Origin: Pseudogymnoascus verrucosus
Lineage: Eukaryota
DNA: 64,000 bases
Assembly (NCBI GenBank): GCA_001662655.1
Contig: KV460226.1
Direction: 5' to 3' (one strand)
Numbering within the stretch: the stretch's first letter is position 1; the number at the start of each line of letters is the position of its first letter. Shown piece by piece: positions 63,235 through 64,000 of the stretch. The translations under genes were made by a program, and so were the position numbers. The notes under the pieces were generated by a model. The model saw nothing but the letters and a program-made list of their open reading frames with translations, searched no databases and was not told where the DNA came from.

Positions 63235-63488
63235 GGAAGCTGCGACTGATGCAGCTTGATAATCATACCTTCCGTGTTTATAATTCGAAAATTCTGAGGA
63301 AGCTGCGACTGAGACTTATTTACTAATCAATCCTTCCATATCTATAACTCGAGAGCCTCGAGGAAGGTGCGACTGAGGCTTGCTTGATAATCATACCTTC
63401 CATATTTACAGCTGTAAAGCCTCGAGGAAGCTGCGACCGAGGCTGGCTTGGTAGTAGTTCCTTCCATATCCATAATTTGAAAGTCCCC
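63235..63488 (+). repeat. Array 2 of the ~64-bp repeat family (4 units)
   Basis: GGAAGSTGCGAC at 63235, 63298, 63362 and 63426; same core as the 27628-28010 array. Confidence 0.92.
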
Positions 63489-64000
63489 AGAGCGAAAGTT
63501 AGAAGTTGTATATGTGAGGAGATTTATTTTGGGAATGAGGATGTTATGGCCTTTCCGATGAATAATTCGCAGTTGCAGATTGTATTGAATGAATATGAGA
63601 ATGACGAATGCTAACAACGAACGTCAATAATGGCTGTGATGTAGTTTAAAGGAACAAGGTTATGTCTAACTATACGTAAGTTATGTATGCTGTACGATCC
63701 AATAGATATATTCCGCACTCCAGCACACTAACTATATACAACCCTCCACTCCCCTCCCTGTCTATCTCTACAACTTTTATAATCCTACAGACTCCGAAAT
63801 TTTAGCTTCGACAGTTCTTTTGCAGCCCTTGTTTTCCAAGCACTGTACTGGGGGTTTATTTACCACGGTTAGTACCATTATGCTCGCCAACTGCTCATTT
63901 CTGATTCTTCCTTGAAAGCAGTGTGGAGCTTTGTCAGCTTTGAATGGAATTTGACGTTGGTTATGCTGCCCACATCACCATAATGGCGGAGCGGCTCAAT

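Overview
Eukaryotic DNA from a filamentous ascomycete: short GT-AG introns with CTAAC/CTGAC branch sites and RIP-type damage in transposons. Composition and proteins resemble a Leotiomycete such as Pseudogymnoascus, but that is inference. Layout: (1) 1-9 kb accessory region with a tandemly duplicated orphan gene (second copy broken) and a full-length, RIP-inactivated hAT transposon with intact TIRs and an 8-bp TSD; (2) 9-41 kb core genes (cytochrome c, VPS20, RIX7, DUF2293 protein, mitochondrial carrier, BDF1, RRP42, ATE1, Aps1/Ddp1 Nudix, MNN11, LSM1, TRP2); (3) 41-53 kb accessory region with three non-autonomous hAT elements (two nested), an MFS sugar/polyol transporter, a HET-domain gene, a truncated FAD-oxidase and a 5S rRNA fragment; (4) 53.8-63.2 kb, a compact five-gene putative aromatic-catabolism cluster: small unknown protein, catalytically degenerate membrane-anchored ALDH-like protein, LigB/DODA extradiol dioxygenase, C2H2+Zn2Cys6 regulator and aromatic aldehyde dehydrogenase. 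All three of its promoter regions share the 12-bp motif CGGAATGTGGGG, which fits the regulator's predicted binding code. A dispersed ~64-bp core-plus-variable-linker repeat array occurs twice (27.6-28.0 kb and 63.2-63.5 kb). Exon boundaries were read by eye.
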